Below, in pieces: positions 40,828 through 52,951 of a DNA stretch of 64,000 nucleotides; within the stretch, counting starts at the first letter, position 1, and every line of letters begins with the position of its first letter. The position numbers and the translations under genes are program-made. Below the pieces are notes generated by a model, which was not told the DNA's origin, did not search any database, and was given only the letters and a program-made list of their open reading frames with translations. The stretch comes from an uncultured Actinomycetes bacterium. GTDB lineage: Bacteria > Actinomycetota > UBA4738 > HRBIN12. Location of the stretch: contig CAWKKN010000006.1 in NCBI GenBank assembly GCA_963850315.1, forward strand, positions 4,843-68,842, written 5' to 3'.

Positions 40828-42186
40828 ATGAGCCCGATGCATCGGTACACGGAGGAGACCGACGCGCTCGCGCGCGCCATCGAGGCGTACGCGCGCGAGC
40901 GGATCGCCGAACCACAACCCCTGGACCGAACGGTCCCGGCCGATGAGCTCGACCGGTTGGCGGGTGCGACGATCACGCCGGAAGGACTCGGCGGACACGA
41001 GGCGCTGCGCCTGTGGGCCGAGGTCCTGGCGCCCGCCACGATCTCCACCGACCACCCTGCCGCGCTGTCGTTCGTCCCCGGAGCGCCGACGAAGGCATCG
41101 GTCCTGTTCGACCTCGTCGTGGGGGCCTCGTCGACGATCGCGGCCGGATGGATCGACGGCGCGGGCGCCATCTGGGCGGAGAACCAGGCTTTGCGATGGA
41201 TCGCCGACCTCGCCGGCTTCCCACCGCACGCGGGCGGCGTGTTCGTGTCGGGCGGATCGGCGGGGAACCTTTCGGCCCTCGTGACTGCCCGGCACACGGC
41301 TTTCATCGCCCGAGGCCACAATCGTCCCGCGCGCTGGCGGATCGCCGCCTGCGACGCCGTGCATTCGAGCGTCGTGGCGGCGGCGCGGGTGATGGATGTC
41401 GACGTGTTGCCGGTGTCCCACGACGAACGAGGACGACTCACCGGCGACGGGCTGGCAGGTGCCCTGGAAGCCGACGCGGGCGAGGACGTGTTCGCGGTCG
41501 TTGCCAGCGCGGGCGCCACCAACGCCGGCACGATCGACGATCTGGCGGGGGTCGCCGATGTCTGCGCGGACCGCGCACTGTGGTTCCATGTGGACGGGGC
41601 CTACGGGGGCGCCGGCTTGGTGGCTCCCTCGGTGCGCGAACATTACCTCGGCGTGGAGCGCGCCGACTCGTTCATCGTGGACCCCCACAAATGGCTGTTC
41701 GCGCCGTACGACGCCTGCGCCCTGCTCTACCGGGATCCCACGCTCGCGCGCGCGGCCCACCGCCAGAACGCGTCCTACCTCGACACCGTGAACGAGAGGG
41801 AGGAATGGAATCCGGCCGACTTCGCCTTCCACCTGTCCCGGCGCGCGCGCGGCCTCCCGTTCTGGTTCTCCCTCGCCACCTACGGTACCGACGCCTACCG
41901 CGACAGCGTCGAGCAGGTCCTGACGCTGACGCGAGACACGGCTCAACTCATCGGGGAGACCCCCGGGCTCGAGCTCATCATGGAACCCGAGCTCTCGGTC
42001 GTGCTGTTCCGCCGCACCGGCTGGAAGGCTGAGGACTACGATCGATGGTGGCGCCGGCTGCTGGATCTGCAGATCGCGTTCGTCCAGCCGACGTCGTGGA
42101 ACGGCGAGAAGGTGGCGCGGTTGTGCTTCGTGAATCCTCGTACGACGCTCCAACACGTCCGCGCCGTACTCGATGCCATGAGGTGA
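40828..42186 (+). CDS. group II PLP-dependent amino acid decarboxylase
   Basis: GVFVSGGSAGNL, HSSV, WFHVDGAYGG, ADSFIVDPHKWLF. Confidence 0.92.
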   Translation: MSPMHRYTEETDALARAIEAYARERIAEPQPLDRTVPADELDRLAGATITPEGLGGHEALRLWAEVLAPATISTDHPAALSFVPGAPTKASVLFDLVVGASSTIAAGWIDGAGAIWAENQALRWIADLAGFPPHAGGVFVSGGSAGNLSALVTARHTAFIARGHNRPARWRIAACDAVHSSVVAAARVMDVDVLPVSHDERGRLTGDGLAGALEADAGEDVFAVVASAGATNAGTIDDLAGVADVCADRALWFHVDGAYGGAGLVAPSVREHYLGVERADSFIVDPHKWLFAPYDACALLYRDPTLARAAHRQNASYLDTVNEREEWNPADFAFHLSRRARGLPFWFSLATYGTDAYRDSVEQVLTLTRDTAQLIGETPGLELIMEPELSVVLFRRTGWKAEDYDRWWRRLLDLQIAFVQPTSWNGEKVARLCFVNPRTTLQHVRAVLDAMR

Positions 42187-42281
42187 GGCAGGCAGGGCGG
42201 CTCAACCGGGCGACCCTTCACGCCGAGCAGTACGGTCAGATGCGCGAGCACCAGGTGGGTGTGGCGGCTCGCCATAGCCTC

Positions 42282-42647
42282 TTAAGGAAGCGTGGAGTGC
42301 TGCGTTTCCTCGATCCGCGTCATCACGATCTTCTTCACGAGTGCGGCGGGGATGGGTTCGTCTGCGTCGAAACGGATCGTCCCTTTCCCGGAGAAGTAGG
42401 GCTTCAGCTCTTCCCCGTGTGCCTCGAGGACCTTCCCGCTCGCGGGGAAGAGGCTGCAGTGGTGCTTGAACGCCGCATAGGACACGAGGAACCGACCACG
42501 CAGCTTGAAGGCCGGCATCTGGTAGCTGATCGTCTCGGTCGCTTCGGGGGCGGCTGCCTGGATCGTCTCGCGAAGCCTCTCCAGAGCGGCGCGCGGCACC
42601 TCTGGAAGGCCGGCCAGGTAGTCCTCGACGCTGGTCGGCGCGGCCAT
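42282..42647 (-). CDS. DUF1801 (YdhG-like) protein
   Basis: SVEDYLA...IQAAAPEATETISYQMPAF...AAFKHHCSLFP...GKGTIRF. Confidence 0.88.
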   Translation of the reverse strand: MAAPTSVEDYLAGLPEVPRAALERLRETIQAAAPEATETISYQMPAFKLRGRFLVSYAAFKHHCSLFPASGKVLEAHGEELKPYFSGKGTIRFDADEPIPAALVKKIVMTRIEETQHSTLP

Positions 42648-42783
42648 GCCGGTCTCCTTTCCGTAAGAGGGACAACCCGTCAAGGATCCTCCCACGTCGG
42701 ACGTGTTCGGCTGAGCTTCAGCGCTCAAGAGGTCTTGTCACGCGCCAGAGCCGGTCGCACGATGGCCGAGAGGAGGTGCTGAC

Positions 42784-42984
42784 GTGGGATCCCGTCGTGT
42801 GAACCCTAGGAGCGTGCTCGTTGTCGGCATCGTGTTCACCCTCCTGAGCGGGGCCACAGCCGTCTGGCGGTGGTCGAAAGGAGAGTCCGCACAGGAGCTC
42901 CTCGGTCTGTTTACGGGCGGCTTGATCGTCCTGGAGTTCGGTCTCTATCTCGAGCTGCGACGGGATCGGCCGTCGAGACGATGA
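42784..42984 (+). CDS. small two-TM membrane protein
   Basis: SD GGAGG, two hydrophobic segments, ATGA overlap with the GNAT gene. Confidence 0.55.
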   Translation: MGSRRVNPRSVLVVGIVFTLLSGATAVWRWSKGESAQELLGLFTGGLIVLEFGLYLELRRDRPSRR

Positions 42985-43496
42985 ACCCTGCGGACGCCGA
43001 TCGTCCCATCCCTTCGAGAACCTCGGGTCGTGCGAGGTCCTCGATGACCCTTCATCATGCAGTCGTGACGGACGACCCCATCACGGTGAGTGACGTCGAC
43101 GACGGACTGGCCGACACGCTCTCGGAGCTCATCAACGAGTTCAACATCGATGCGACTGGGTTCGACCCCGGACGGGTCCTGAGCGCTGCCCAGCGAGGGG
43201 GTGACGGAAGCCTCGAAGCGGGTCTGGCGGGCTGGACATGGGGGGGATGCGGCTACATCGACTACCTCTGGGTGAGCGTTGACCTGCGGGGTGCGGGCCT
43301 GGGGAGTCGACTGCTTGCGGCAGCCGAGGCTGAGGCGAGGGCTCGTGGCTGTACGCAGATGATCGTTTCCTCGCACACCTTCCAGGCTCCCGACTTCTAT
43401 CGGCGGCACGGCTACGTCGAGTACGCCAGGACCGAGGACTCCCCGCGCGGCCACGCCGACCTTCATTTCGTCAAGAATCTGCTGTCCCACGAATGA
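42981..43496 (+). CDS. GNAT family N-acetyltransferase
   Basis: YIDYLWV...RGAGLGSRLL...SHTFQAPDFYRRHGY. Confidence 0.9.
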   Translation: MNPADADRPIPSRTSGRARSSMTLHHAVVTDDPITVSDVDDGLADTLSELINEFNIDATGFDPGRVLSAAQRGGDGSLEAGLAGWTWGGCGYIDYLWVSVDLRGAGLGSRLLAAAEAEARARGCTQMIVSSHTFQAPDFYRRHGYVEYARTEDSPRGHADLHFVKNLLSHE

Positions 43497-43561
43497 CGGA
43501 ACCGCGGCGTCATCGTGGAGCGCGTTCGCCGCCTTGTGACCGCTCGTGCCGGCCTGACCCG

Positions 43562-44464
43562 TCAGAGCTCGCGGAACTGCTGCTCGTCCGGCCGGGCAGG
43601 CGGAGCCCCGCTGATCCGCGCGTTGATCGCCTCGAGGCGAGCGATCCGTTGGGCCGTCGGCGGGTGGGTGGAGAAGAGGTTGCCGAACCCGCCATTGCCG
43701 CGGAGGCCGGCCATCGGATTCATGATGAACATGTGCGCCTCGGCCGGTGACACCGACTTCGGCGGGGCCACCTGTCGCGTGGTCTGGTCGAGCTTTCGGA
43801 GCGCGCTCGCGAGGGCCTGGGGGTCCTTCGAGAGGTAGGCGCCCGACTCGTCGGCCTGGTACTCGCGGCTGCGCGAAACTGCCATCTGGATGATCGCTGC
43901 CGCGATCGGCGCGAGGATCCAGGCCACCAGGACGCCCATGCCTCCCCCCTCGCGGTCGTTGCCGAAGAACAGCCCGAAGCGGGCGAGGAACGTGATGCTC
44001 ATCCCGATGCCGGCGGCGATCGAGGAGATCAAGATGTCGCGGTTCACCACGTGGGAGAGCTCGTGGGCCAGGACCCCGCGGAGCTCCCGGTCGTCGAGGA
44101 TCTGCAGGATGCCCTTCGTCACGGCCACCGAGGCGTGCGCGGGGTTGCGACCGGTGGCGAATGCGTTGGGCTGCGCCATGTCCGCGACGTAGATCTTCGG
44201 CATGGGCATGTCGTGCTGGGTCGCCAGCTCGCGCACGATCGCATAGAGCGCCGGATACTCCTGCTCCGTCACCGGCTTCGAGTGCGTGGTGGCGATCGCG
44301 ATCTTGTCCGAGAACCAGTACATCGAGAAGTTGAATACCAGGCCGATCGCCAGCGCGATCAGGGCGCCGCTGCTGCCGCCGATCCAGGCCCCGACCAGGA
44401 CGAACAGCCCGCCCATCGCGGCGATCAGGATCCAGGTCTTCATGCGGTTGATCCCGGGTGTCAC
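43562..44464 (-). CDS. htpX: zinc metalloprotease HtpX
   Basis: PNAFATGRNP, AHELSH, SRSREY, FSTHPP. Confidence 0.96.
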   Translation of the reverse strand: MTPGINRMKTWILIAAMGGLFVLVGAWIGGSSGALIALAIGLVFNFSMYWFSDKIAIATTHSKPVTEQEYPALYAIVRELATQHDMPMPKIYVADMAQPNAFATGRNPAHASVAVTKGILQILDDRELRGVLAHELSHVVNRDILISSIAAGIGMSITFLARFGLFFGNDREGGGMGVLVAWILAPIAAAIIQMAVSRSREYQADESGAYLSKDPQALASALRKLDQTTRQVAPPKSVSPAEAHMFIMNPMAGLRGNGGFGNLFSTHPPTAQRIARLEAINARISGAPPARPDEQQFREL

Positions 44465-44625
44465 GTCACATCACTCCTTCGATCACAGCGTGCCACAACC
44501 GGTTCGATACGTCCCTCCCCCCGGTTCGACTCACAGCATCTTCACAGCCCCGTCGTTCCTAGCAGGTGCTCCTGGATCGAGCGGGCTGAGACCTTGTCCC
44601 GGACCTCTGGTCTCGGGACCTGGGG

Positions 44626-46091
44626 TCAATGTGGCAGGAGGGTGGAGAGGTCGGCCATGCGCGCGAAGGGGTTGGGCAGGATGAAGAGGGCGAGCAGGGC
44701 GAGCGCGGCGAGTCCGACGACGGCGGAGACGAGGCGAGAGGCTCCCAGAGGGGATTGGTCGGCGGCGGGCTTGAAGAGCATCTGCCGGGGCACGGCGAAG
44801 TAGTAGAAGATGCTGATCACGGTGTTCACGAGCATCGTGACGGCGAGGAAGACGCCCAGACTGCCGCCGCGGTCGATCGCGGCGCGGAAGATCAGGATCT
44901 TGGCCCAGAAGCCTCCGGTCGGCGGGATCCCTGCGAGCGAGATCATGAACACGGTCATGCCGACGGCGAGCAGCGCCGAGCGCCGAGCCAGGCCCGCGAA
45001 GTCCGTGATGAGAAGCCGCGGCGACGAGCGACTGACCCCCACCGCCACCGCGTAGGCGCCGACGTTCATGATGCCGTAGATCAAGATGTAGGCGACCGCG
45101 GCCGAGAACGCCGAATGGTTCGACGACGGGTTGTTCGTCACCAGCGCGAAGGTGAGCAGGATGTAGCCGCTCTGTGCGATGCCCGAATAGGCGAGCAGCC
45201 GCACCACCTGCGTCTGCCTCAGCGCGATGAGGTTCCCGATGAACATCGTCGCCACGGACAGGAACGCGAAGATCGGCACCCAGAAGTGATACTGGTGGAT
45301 GAAGGCCACGAACATCAGCTGCAGGAGCCCGGCGAAGCCTGCCGCCGCCGACGCCACTGCCAAGAAGGCCGCCACCGGGACCGGAGAGCCCTCGTAGGTG
45401 TCGGGAGCCCAGAACTGGAAGGGGAACGCGCTCACCTTGAACGCGAAGCCCACCACCACGAACAGGATCCCGGCGAACGCCACGGTCTCCGGCCCGCCGG
45501 AGATGTGCGCGAGCTTCGTCGCGATCCCTTCCAGGCGCGTCGTGCCGGTGAGCCCGTAGATAAGGCTCATCCCGTAGAGCATCACCGCCGTGGACAGCAC
45601 GCCGATGAGGAAGAACTTGAGGCCCGCCTCGTTCGACCGGAGGTCGTTCTTGCGGAAGGCCGACATCAAGAACCCGGGCGCCGACACCAGCTCCAGCGAG
45701 ATGAACAGCATCAGCAGGTCGCGGGAGGCCGGCATCAGCAGGCAGCCCAGGAACGACGTCAGCAGCAGGAAGTAGTACTCGCCCTGATAGAAGCCACCCT
45801 CTCGGAAGTAGCGCAGGGAGATCGCCAGGATCACCACGGCCACCGTGAGGAAGAAGATCTGGAACAGCAGCGCGAAGTTGTCCTCCACGAACATCCCGCC
45901 GAAGACCGCGCGCGGAAGGTCGCCGATCAGCGTGAGCGCCGCGACGAGCGACGCCAGCACGCCGAGCAGGGCCACCGGCATCCCCAGCCACTTGTGGCGC
46001 GGTGACAGGAACACGTCGACCACCAGCACGAGCAGGACGGTCCCTCCAGGATCAGCTCCGGGAGGACGGCGTGGTAGTCGATGGCGCTCAT
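44626..46091 (-). CDS. nuoN: NADH-quinone oxidoreductase subunit N, second copy (1-bp frameshift near 46045)
   Basis: EAGLKFF, FKVSAFPFQFWAPDTYEG, LLAYSGIAQSGY, SLAGIPPT. Confidence 0.92.
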
Positions 46092-46101
46092 CAGGTGCGC
46101 A

Positions 46102-47628
46102 TCACCCCCGGAAGAGGAACCCGAGCGCGTTGACCCCTTGCTGGGTCACGCTGAAGATCAGTTTCGGGAACAGCCCCAGCGCCAGGATGCCGACCAGGAG
46201 CGGGATCCAGGACACCCACTCGACGGCCAGGATGTCGCGCAGCCCCTTCTCGCGCCATCGGTCGGGCATGACCCCCATGTTCACGCGCTGGAGCATCCAC
46301 AAGAAGTAGCCCGCGGTGAGCACGGTGCCCACGCCGCCCGCGATCATGAAGGTGCGGAACAGCGCCGTCGACATCCCGGCCGCGGGGTTGAACGACGACA
46401 GCAGCGCCATCACCTCGCCCCAGAAACCTGCGAGGCCCGGAAGGCCGAGCGAGGCGATCGCGACGAACGCGAAGACCCCGCCCATCCTGGGCAGGCCCTG
46501 CATGAGCCCGCCGCCGAAGTCGGCGATCTGGCGCGTGTGGTAGCGGTCGTAGATCGATCCGACGCAGAAGAACAGCATCCCGGTGATGAGCCCGTGGGCC
46601 ACCATCCCGAAGATCGCCGCCTGGATCCCGATCGTCGTGAGGGTGGCGATGCCGAGCATCACGAATCCCATGTGGCCCACCGAGGAGAACGCGATGAGCC
46701 GCTTCAGATCCTTCTGCGCGAGGCACGCGAGAGCCGCGTACACGATGGCGATGGCGGCCAACAGGCCGATCCAAGGCGCGTAGGCACGGGCGCCCTGCGG
46801 GAGCATCGGCAGGGCGATGCGGATGAACCCGTAGGCCCCCATCTTCAGCATGACCCCGGCCAACAAGACCGAACCGATCGTGGGCGCCTCGGTGTGCGCG
46901 TCCGGCAGCCACGTGTGGAAGGGCCACATCGGCACCTTCACGGCGAACCCCAGTGCGACCGCCCCGAACACGACGAGCTGGAACGTGTGGCTGAACCCAC
47001 CGGCCGCACCGAACGCCTGCAACGCCACCATGTCGAAGGTGTGAGGAGCCGGGGACTTGAAGTACATGGCGAGGAACCCCAGGAGCATGAACACCGACCC
47101 GAACAGCGTGTACAGGAAGAACTTGATCGATGCGTACTCCTTGTTCGCCGAACCCCAGATCCCGATGAGGAAGTACATGGGGACCAGCACCATCTCCCAG
47201 AACACGAAGAACAGGATCAGGTCGAACGCGATGAACGTTCCGGCCATCCCGGTCTCCAGCAGCAGGGTCATCGCCAGGAACGCCTTCGTGCGTCCGGGAT
47301 CGGGCACGTAGCGGAGCGTGTAGATCGCGCACAGGAACGACAACAGGAAGGTGAGGAGATACAGAGGCAGCGAGATGCCGTCGATCCCGACGTGGTAGTT
47401 GACGCCGATCGAGGTGATCCAGGGAACGTTCAGCTGGTACTGGAGCCCCGGCCTGCCGTAGTCGAAGCCGATCGCGATGGCGATGGAAAGCGCCAGGGCG
47501 ATCCCGGTGAACAGCACCCCGAGCCAGCGGACCGTGCGGTCCTTGTCCTTCGGCATCATCGCGATGACGACGAGGCCCAGGATCGGCATGAACGTGGTGA
47601 TCGTGATGGCCGAGTTCTGCCAGGTCAT
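46102..47628 (-). CDS. nuoM: NADH-quinone oxidoreductase subunit M, second copy
   Basis: FVFWEMVLVPMY, VKVPMWPFHTWLPDAHTEAP, LKRLIAFSSVGHMG. Confidence 0.95.
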   Translation of the reverse strand: MTWQNSAITITTFMPILGLVVIAMMPKDKDRTVRWLGVLFTGIALALSIAIAIGFDYGRPGLQYQLNVPWITSIGVNYHVGIDGISLPLYLLTFLLSFLCAIYTLRYVPDPGRTKAFLAMTLLLETGMAGTFIAFDLILFFVFWEMVLVPMYFLIGIWGSANKEYASIKFFLYTLFGSVFMLLGFLAMYFKSPAPHTFDMVALQAFGAAGGFSHTFQLVVFGAVALGFAVKVPMWPFHTWLPDAHTEAPTIGSVLLAGVMLKMGAYGFIRIALPMLPQGARAYAPWIGLLAAIAIVYAALACLAQKDLKRLIAFSSVGHMGFVMLGIATLTTIGIQAAIFGMVAHGLITGMLFFCVGSIYDRYHTRQIADFGGGLMQGLPRMGGVFAFVAIASLGLPGLAGFWGEVMALLSSFNPAAGMSTALFRTFMIAGGVGTVLTAGYFLWMLQRVNMGVMPDRWREKGLRDILAVEWVSWIPLLVGILALGLFPKLIFSVTQQGVNALGFLFRG

Positions 47629-47641
47629 GTGTCGCTCCCTC

Positions 47642-49591
47642 TCACGCGATCTTGATGAAGACGATGGCCATCGCGACGACGCCCATGAACAGGCCGGCCG
47701 CGTACCACTGCACGTTCCCCGATTGGATGAACTTCAACAGGCCTCCGGCCTCGCCGATCGCGTCGCCGATCCCGTTGATGACGCCGTCGATGACGGTGCG
47801 GTCGAACCAGCTCACGGACCTCGACACGCCGCGGGCGAGCCCCGCCGCGCCGTTCACGACAGCGTCCAGGACGTTCTGGTTGAACCAGTAGACGCCCGCC
47901 GACAGGTTGTCGCGCACGGGCAGCACGATCGCCCGCATGTAGAAGGCGTCGATGTAGTAGCGGTTCTGCAGGACGGTCCAAACCGGCCCCAGGTTGGACT
48001 CGAGCGGGTCACGCACCTGGTACCGACGGTAGAGCGCGTAGCCGCCCGCGATGCCGCCGAGCGCCGCAACGGTGCCGAGCACCGCGATCCAGGCCACGAA
48101 ATGCTCCGCCTCGACGTGTCCGAAGTACACCCACTTCCCGAACGCGAACTTGAAGATCGGCGAACCGAGGAACCCGACGAAGAAGGTCGCGAGCGCCAGC
48201 GCCACGAGCGGACCCGTCATCGACGGCGGCGACTCGTGCGGATGCTCGGCCCCGCGGTAGTCCCCGTAGAAGGTGAGCAGGATCATCCTGGTCGTATAGA
48301 AGGCGGTGATGAGCGCCGTGAGGGCGAACACGACGAAGAGCCACATGTGGTGCGTGTCGTAAGCCGCGACCAGCAACCCGTCCTTCGACCAGAACCCCGC
48401 CAGCGGGAAGATGCCGGCCAGCGCGAGCGCGCCGATCAGCATGGTCCAGAAGGTGACGGGCATCCTGTTCCTGAGTCCGCCCATGTCGCTCATGTTGTTC
48501 GAGTGGACCCCATGGATGATCGAGCCCGCGCACAGGAACAGCAGGGCCTTGAAGAACGCGTGGGTGAAGAGGTGGAAGAACCCTGCGGTGACGCCCGCCG
48601 GGCCCATCGAGAGCGCCGCGATCATGTATGAGAGCTGCGAGAGCGTCGAATACGCCAGCACGCGCTTGATGTCGTTCTGCACGATGGCCAACAAGGCGGC
48701 GCCGAGCGCGGTGATGGCGGCGATGATGCTCACCGTCGTCAGCACCCACGGCGACGCCTGGACGAAGACCTCGAACAGGCGGCCCACCAGGTAGACGCCG
48801 GCCGCCACCATCGTGGCGGCGTGGATGAGTGCGGAGACCGGCGTGGGGCCGGCCATGGCATCGGGCAACCAGACATGCAGCGGGAACTGTGCCGACTTGC
48901 CCACCGTGCCGCCGAACAGCAGGATCGCCGCTACCGAGACATACAGCTGGGAGATCCCGGGTCGGCCGATCGCCACGCCGATCGCCTGGATGTTGGTGGT
49001 CGTGAAGCCCGTCGCCGCGATGAGGGCGAAGATCCCGAACATGAAGGGCACGTCGCCGATGCGCGTGGTGATGAACGCCTTGATCGCGGCGTCGGAGTTC
49101 TCCTTCTCCTCCCACCAGTGACCGATCAGCAGATAGGAGCAGACCCCCATGATCTCCCAGCCGATCAGCAGCTGGATCAGGTTGTTGGAGATGACCACGG
49201 TGAGCATCGCCGCGGTGAACAGGGAGAGCGCCACGTAGAACCAGGTGTAGCGCCGGTCCCCTTGCATGTAGCCGATCGAGTAGATCTGCACCATCAGGGA
49301 GATCGACGTGACGACCACGAGCATCGCGGCGGTAAGTCCATCCACGAAGACGCCGAGCTCCAGGTGCAGCGGCCCCACCTGGAACCAGGGGATGGACGCG
49401 CTGTATGACCCGTGACCCTGCACGAAGTTCCAGAGCACGCCGATGGCCATGACGAACGCCACACCCACGGCCGCGATGCCGTAGACCGACCCCTTGCCCG
49501 GAGTCCGCTTCCCGAAGAACAGCGTCACCCAGGCCGCGATGAAGGGCAGCAGCGGGATCAGCCACACGTAGCGGACGAAGGTGCTCACCAC
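47642..49591 (-). CDS. nuoL: NADH-quinone oxidoreductase subunit L, second copy
   Basis: [42 protein letters not shown]. Confidence 0.95.
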   Translation of the reverse strand: MVSTFVRYVWLIPLLPFIAAWVTLFFGKRTPGKGSVYGIAAVGVAFVMAIGVLWNFVQGHGSYSASIPWFQVGPLHLELGVFVDGLTAAMLVVVTSISLMVQIYSIGYMQGDRRYTWFYVALSLFTAAMLTVVISNNLIQLLIGWEIMGVCSYLLIGHWWEEKENSDAAIKAFITTRIGDVPFMFGIFALIAATGFTTTNIQAIGVAIGRPGISQLYVSVAAILLFGGTVGKSAQFPLHVWLPDAMAGPTPVSALIHAATMVAAGVYLVGRLFEVFVQASPWVLTTVSIIAAITALGAALLAIVQNDIKRVLAYSTLSQLSYMIAALSMGPAGVTAGFFHLFTHAFFKALLFLCAGSIIHGVHSNNMSDMGGLRNRMPVTFWTMLIGALALAGIFPLAGFWSKDGLLVAAYDTHHMWLFVVFALTALITAFYTTRMILLTFYGDYRGAEHPHESPPSMTGPLVALALATFFVGFLGSPIFKFAFGKWVYFGHVEAEHFVAWIAVLGTVAALGGIAGGYALYRRYQVRDPLESNLGPVWTVLQNRYYIDAFYMRAIVLPVRDNLSAGVYWFNQNVLDAVVNGAAGLARGVSRSVSWFDRTVIDGVINGIGDAIGEAGGLLKFIQSGNVQWYAAGLFMGVVAMAIVFIKIA

Positions 49592-49887
49592 TTGAGGAGG
49601 TTCACCTCGTCGACGTTGATCGACTCGCGGTTGCGGAAGAGCAGGATCACGATGGCGAGCCCGATCCCGACCTCCGCCGCGGCCACCGCGATCACGAACA
49701 GCGCGAACACCTGCCCCGTGACGTTCTTCAGCGTGGCGGAGAAGCCCACGAGGTTCACGTTCACGGCGTTCAACATCAGCTCGATCGCCATCAGGACCAT
49801 GACCGCGTTGCGTCGCGCGAGCACGCCGTAGACGCCGGCCGAGAACAGCAGGGCCGAGAAGAACAGGATCAGCGGGAGCCGGATCAC
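49585..49887 (-). CDS. nuoK: NADH-quinone oxidoreductase subunit K, second copy
   Basis: [19 protein letters not shown]...[12 protein letters not shown]. Confidence 0.93.
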   Translation of the reverse strand: MIRLPLILFFSALLFSAGVYGVLARRNAVMVLMAIELMLNAVNVNLVGFSATLKNVTGQVFALFVIAVAAAEVGIGLAIVILLFRNRESINVDEVNLLKW

Positions 49888-50387
49888 GCGTCGTCCTTGC
49901 GCGCCAGCACGATCGCGCCGATCAGGGCCGCCAGCAGCAGGAACGAGATGGCCTCGAACGGCAGGACGTAGTCTCGGAACAGGGCGACGCCGATGGTGCC
50001 GGTGTTGCCGGAGAACCCCCCGAGCGCGTTCGACGCGTGCTGGAGCGGCCAGGCCTGCTGGATCAGGAACACGAGGCCCGCGAAGATCAACACACCCACC
50101 ACGGCGGCGATCCACCGCTGATGGTTGTCGAGCGAGTCGCGTCCGATCGGCGCCTTCGTGAGCATGAGCCCGAACAGGAACAGGATCACGATCGCGCCGA
50201 CGTAGATCAGGATCTGCACCCAAGCCACGAACTCGGCGCCCAGGATCAGGTAGACGCCCCCCACGCTCAGCAAGGTGACGACCAGGTAGAGCGCGGCGTG
50301 CACGACGTTGCGTGCGGTCACCACCGCGATGGCGCTCACGCTGCCAACCACGGCGAGCACCAGGAACGCATACTCCTGCGAGGTCAC
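49884..50387 (-). CDS. nuoJ: NADH-quinone oxidoreductase subunit J, second copy
   Basis: [10 protein letters not shown]...[16 protein letters not shown]...YVLPFEAIS. Confidence 0.93.
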   Translation of the reverse strand: MTSQEYAFLVLAVVGSVSAIAVVTARNVVHAALYLVVTLLSVGGVYLILGAEFVAWVQILIYVGAIVILFLFGLMLTKAPIGRDSLDNHQRWIAAVVGVLIFAGLVFLIQQAWPLQHASNALGGFSGNTGTIGVALFRDYVLPFEAISFLLLAALIGAIVLARKDDA

Positions 50388-50911
50388 GAGGCCTCCTGGC
50401 TGCTCGGCTCTTCCAACGGCGCCTGCGCGCCATCCTCCAAAGCGGGCGGGGGAAGCACCGTGTACGTCCACTCCTCCAGGCGTTCCTTCTCGTGCGTCAG
50501 CTCCGCGAGCCCGTACTCCGCGTATTCGAACTCCGGGCTCCAAAAGAGCGCGTCGAACGGGCATACCTCCACACAGATGCCGCAGTACATGCACAACGCG
50601 TAGTCGATCGCGAACCGGTCCAGGATCTTCGCCGAACGGGCGCGACCCCCGCCGGCGGGGTCGTGCGACTCCTTGTGAGCGTCGATGTAGATGCACCAGT
50701 CGGGGCACTCGCGCGAGCACTTGTAGCAGACCGTGCAGTTCTCCTGCATCAGCGCGATGACGCCCCGCGAGCGAGGCGGCAGGTCCGGCTTCACGTGCGG
50801 GTAGGCCTGCGTCATGGCCGGACGCAGCATCGCCTTGAGGGTGACCGCCAGGCCCTTCACGAGGCCCACGCCGATCCCCGACTCCGGCTGATCCAGCTCC
50901 TCCGTCACCAT
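50384..50911 (-). CDS. nuoI: NADH-quinone oxidoreductase subunit I, second copy
   Basis: two 4Fe-4S motifs [12 protein letters not shown] and [12 protein letters not shown]. Confidence 0.93.
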   Translation of the reverse strand: MVTEELDQPESGIGVGLVKGLAVTLKAMLRPAMTQAYPHVKPDLPPRSRGVIALMQENCTVCYKCSRECPDWCIYIDAHKESHDPAGGGRARSAKILDRFAIDYALCMYCGICVEVCPFDALFWSPEFEYAEYGLAELTHEKERLEEWTYTVLPPPALEDGAQAPLEEPSSQEAS

Positions 50912-50933
50912 GTGCCTTCCCTTGCGTCGGTGC

Positions 50934-51944
50934 CTACCGCGTCGCGACCTTCACGACGGCGGTCACCATGATCATCACGAGCGCGAGCGGGATCAGCAGC
51001 AACCACGAGAACCGCTGTAGCTGATCCTCACGCAGGCGCGGGTAGGTGGCCCGCAGCCAGATGACCACGAACGATAGCGCGATGATCTTGCCCATCATCC
51101 AGATCGGACCCGGGATCGGGATCCCCGCGACGCCCAGGTAGCCGCCCAGGTACAGCGTGGCCGCGACCCCCGACAGGGCCACGATCCCCCCGTACTCGGC
51201 CAGCAGGAAGAAGGCGAACTTCAGCCCCGTGTACTCGGTGTAGGCGCCGAAGATGATCTCCGAGTCGGCGATGGGCATGTCGAACGGCGGCCGCGTGAGC
51301 TCCGCCAGCGAGGCCATCATGAAGATCAGGAAGCCCACCAGCTGCCAGGCGCAGGATGTTCCACAGCCCCGCTGCGACTCCACGATACCCACCAGCGACA
51401 GCGTGCCCGCCTGCATCACGACGGCGGCGGCCGCCAGCACCAGCGGCAGCTCGTAGGCGATCAGCTGCGCGGCCGCGCGCAGCGCGCCGATCAGCGAGAA
51501 CTTGTTCGCGGAGGACCATCCCGCCATCAGCACGCCGATCACCGAGACCGAGGCCATCGCCATCACGAAGAAGATGCCGATGTCGAGGTTCAGCGCGAAC
51601 ACGTGGGGCTGAACGGCAGCACCACCAGGATCGCGATGTAGGGGATCATCGCGACTGCCGGCGCCAGGGAGAACACGTTGCGGTCGGCCGCCTCGGGGAC
51701 GATGTCCTCTTTCTGGATGAACTTCACGCCGTCGGCGACGAGCTGCGCCCACCCGTGGAACGAGCCGGCCTCCATCGGCCCCACGCGCGACTGCATGTGC
51801 GCCAGCACCTTGTGCTCGATGTAGCCCACCACGAGCGGCACGACCAGGAAGAACATCAGGACCACGACGGTCTTCAGGATCAGGACGATCCAGAAGTTGT
51901 GAGACCAGCCGTCGAAGATGGAGGTCCGTCGGGGTGGCGATCAC
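50934..51944 (-). CDS. nuoH: NADH-quinone oxidoreductase subunit H, second copy (frameshifted)
   Basis: [15 protein letters not shown]...[10 protein letters not shown]; [15 protein letters not shown]; AELTRPPFD; [12 protein letters not shown]. Confidence 0.88.
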   Translation of the reverse strand: MIATPTDLHLRRLVSQLLDRPDPEDRRGPDVLPGRAARGGLHRAQGAGAHAVARGADGGRLVPRVGAARRRRREVHPERGHRPRGGRPQRVLPGAGSRDDPLHRDPGGAAVQPHVFALNLDIGIFFVMAMASVSVIGVLMAGWSSANKFSLIGALRAAAQLIAYELPLVLAAAAVVMQAGTLSLVGIVESQRGCGTSCAWQLVGFLIFMMASLAELTRPPFDMPIADSEIIFGAYTEYTGLKFAFFLLAEYGGIVALSGVAATLYLGGYLGVAGIPIPGPIWMMGKIIALSFVVIWLRATYPRLREDQLQRFSWLLLIPLALVMIMVTAVVKVATR

Positions 51945-52472
51945 TCGTCTTCGTCCTCCTCGCCCTCGACGGCGCCCGGCCACGGCTTGGCCTCGCGCGT
52001 CATGAGGGGGAAGTCCTTGCGGAGCGGATGGCCCTCGAAGGGCTCGGGGAGCAGCAGCTTCACCGGCTTGGGATGGCCTTCGAACGCGGATGCCGAACAT
52101 CTCGTGCGTCTCGCGCTCGTGCCAGTTCGCACGTGGGAACAGGTCCGAGACGGTGGGACAGCGCGGATCCTCGTGCGGCAGGCGCACCTTCAGCCGAACG
52201 TTGTGGTGGTGCGTGGTGGAGAACAGGTGCGTGACCACCTCGAAGCCGCCCTCCGGGGCCCCAGTCCACCCCGCCGTGAAGTCGCAGTAGTCGCAGGCGA
52301 ACTCGGGCTCGTCGCGGAGGAACCGCACGACGTCGCGGTAGCGGTCCGGCGGTGACGGTGGCGACGGCGTGCCCGTACTGATCGGCGAGTCTCGATGACG
52401 TCCTGACCGAACTGCGCGCGCAGCCGGGAGCCGACCTCCTCAGGAGGAGAGCGGGCTGGGTGAGCTTGCCAC
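51941..52472 (-). CDS. nuoC: NADH-quinone oxidoreductase subunit C, second copy (frameshifted)
   Basis: [23 protein letters not shown] / FEGHP...[10 protein letters not shown]. Confidence 0.88.
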
Positions 52473-52951
52473 TGAACTTCTCCTGGATGTCCTCGTCCTT
52501 GATCTTCTCCTGCAGCTTGATGATGCCGTGCAGGAGCGCCTCGGGGCGCGGTGGGCAGCCCGGCACGTAGACGTCGATCGGCACGATCTGGTCCACGCCC
52601 TTCGTGACCGAGTAGGAGTCCCAGTACGGACCGCCGCAGTTGGAGCACGAGCCGAACGAGATCACGTACTTCGGCTCGGGCATCTGGTCGTAGACGCGCT
52701 TGAGGGCGGGCGCCATCTTGTCCGTGAGCGTGCCGGCGACGACCAGCAGGTCGGCCTGGCGCGGGCCGTGCGCGAACGGGATGACCCCCAGGCGGATGAA
52801 GTCGTTCTTCGAGGTGGAGGCCGCGATGAACTCGATGGCGCAGCACGCGAGGCCGAAGTTCATGACCCACAGCGAGTAGCGACGGCCCCAGTTCAGGATG
52901 AACTTGACGGGCTGGATTCGGCGACGGCGTCTTCTCGGTGATCACGCCCAT
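52439..52951 (-). CDS. nuoB: NADH-quinone oxidoreductase subunit B, second copy (frameshifted at the ends)
   Basis: [44 protein letters not shown]. Confidence 0.92.
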
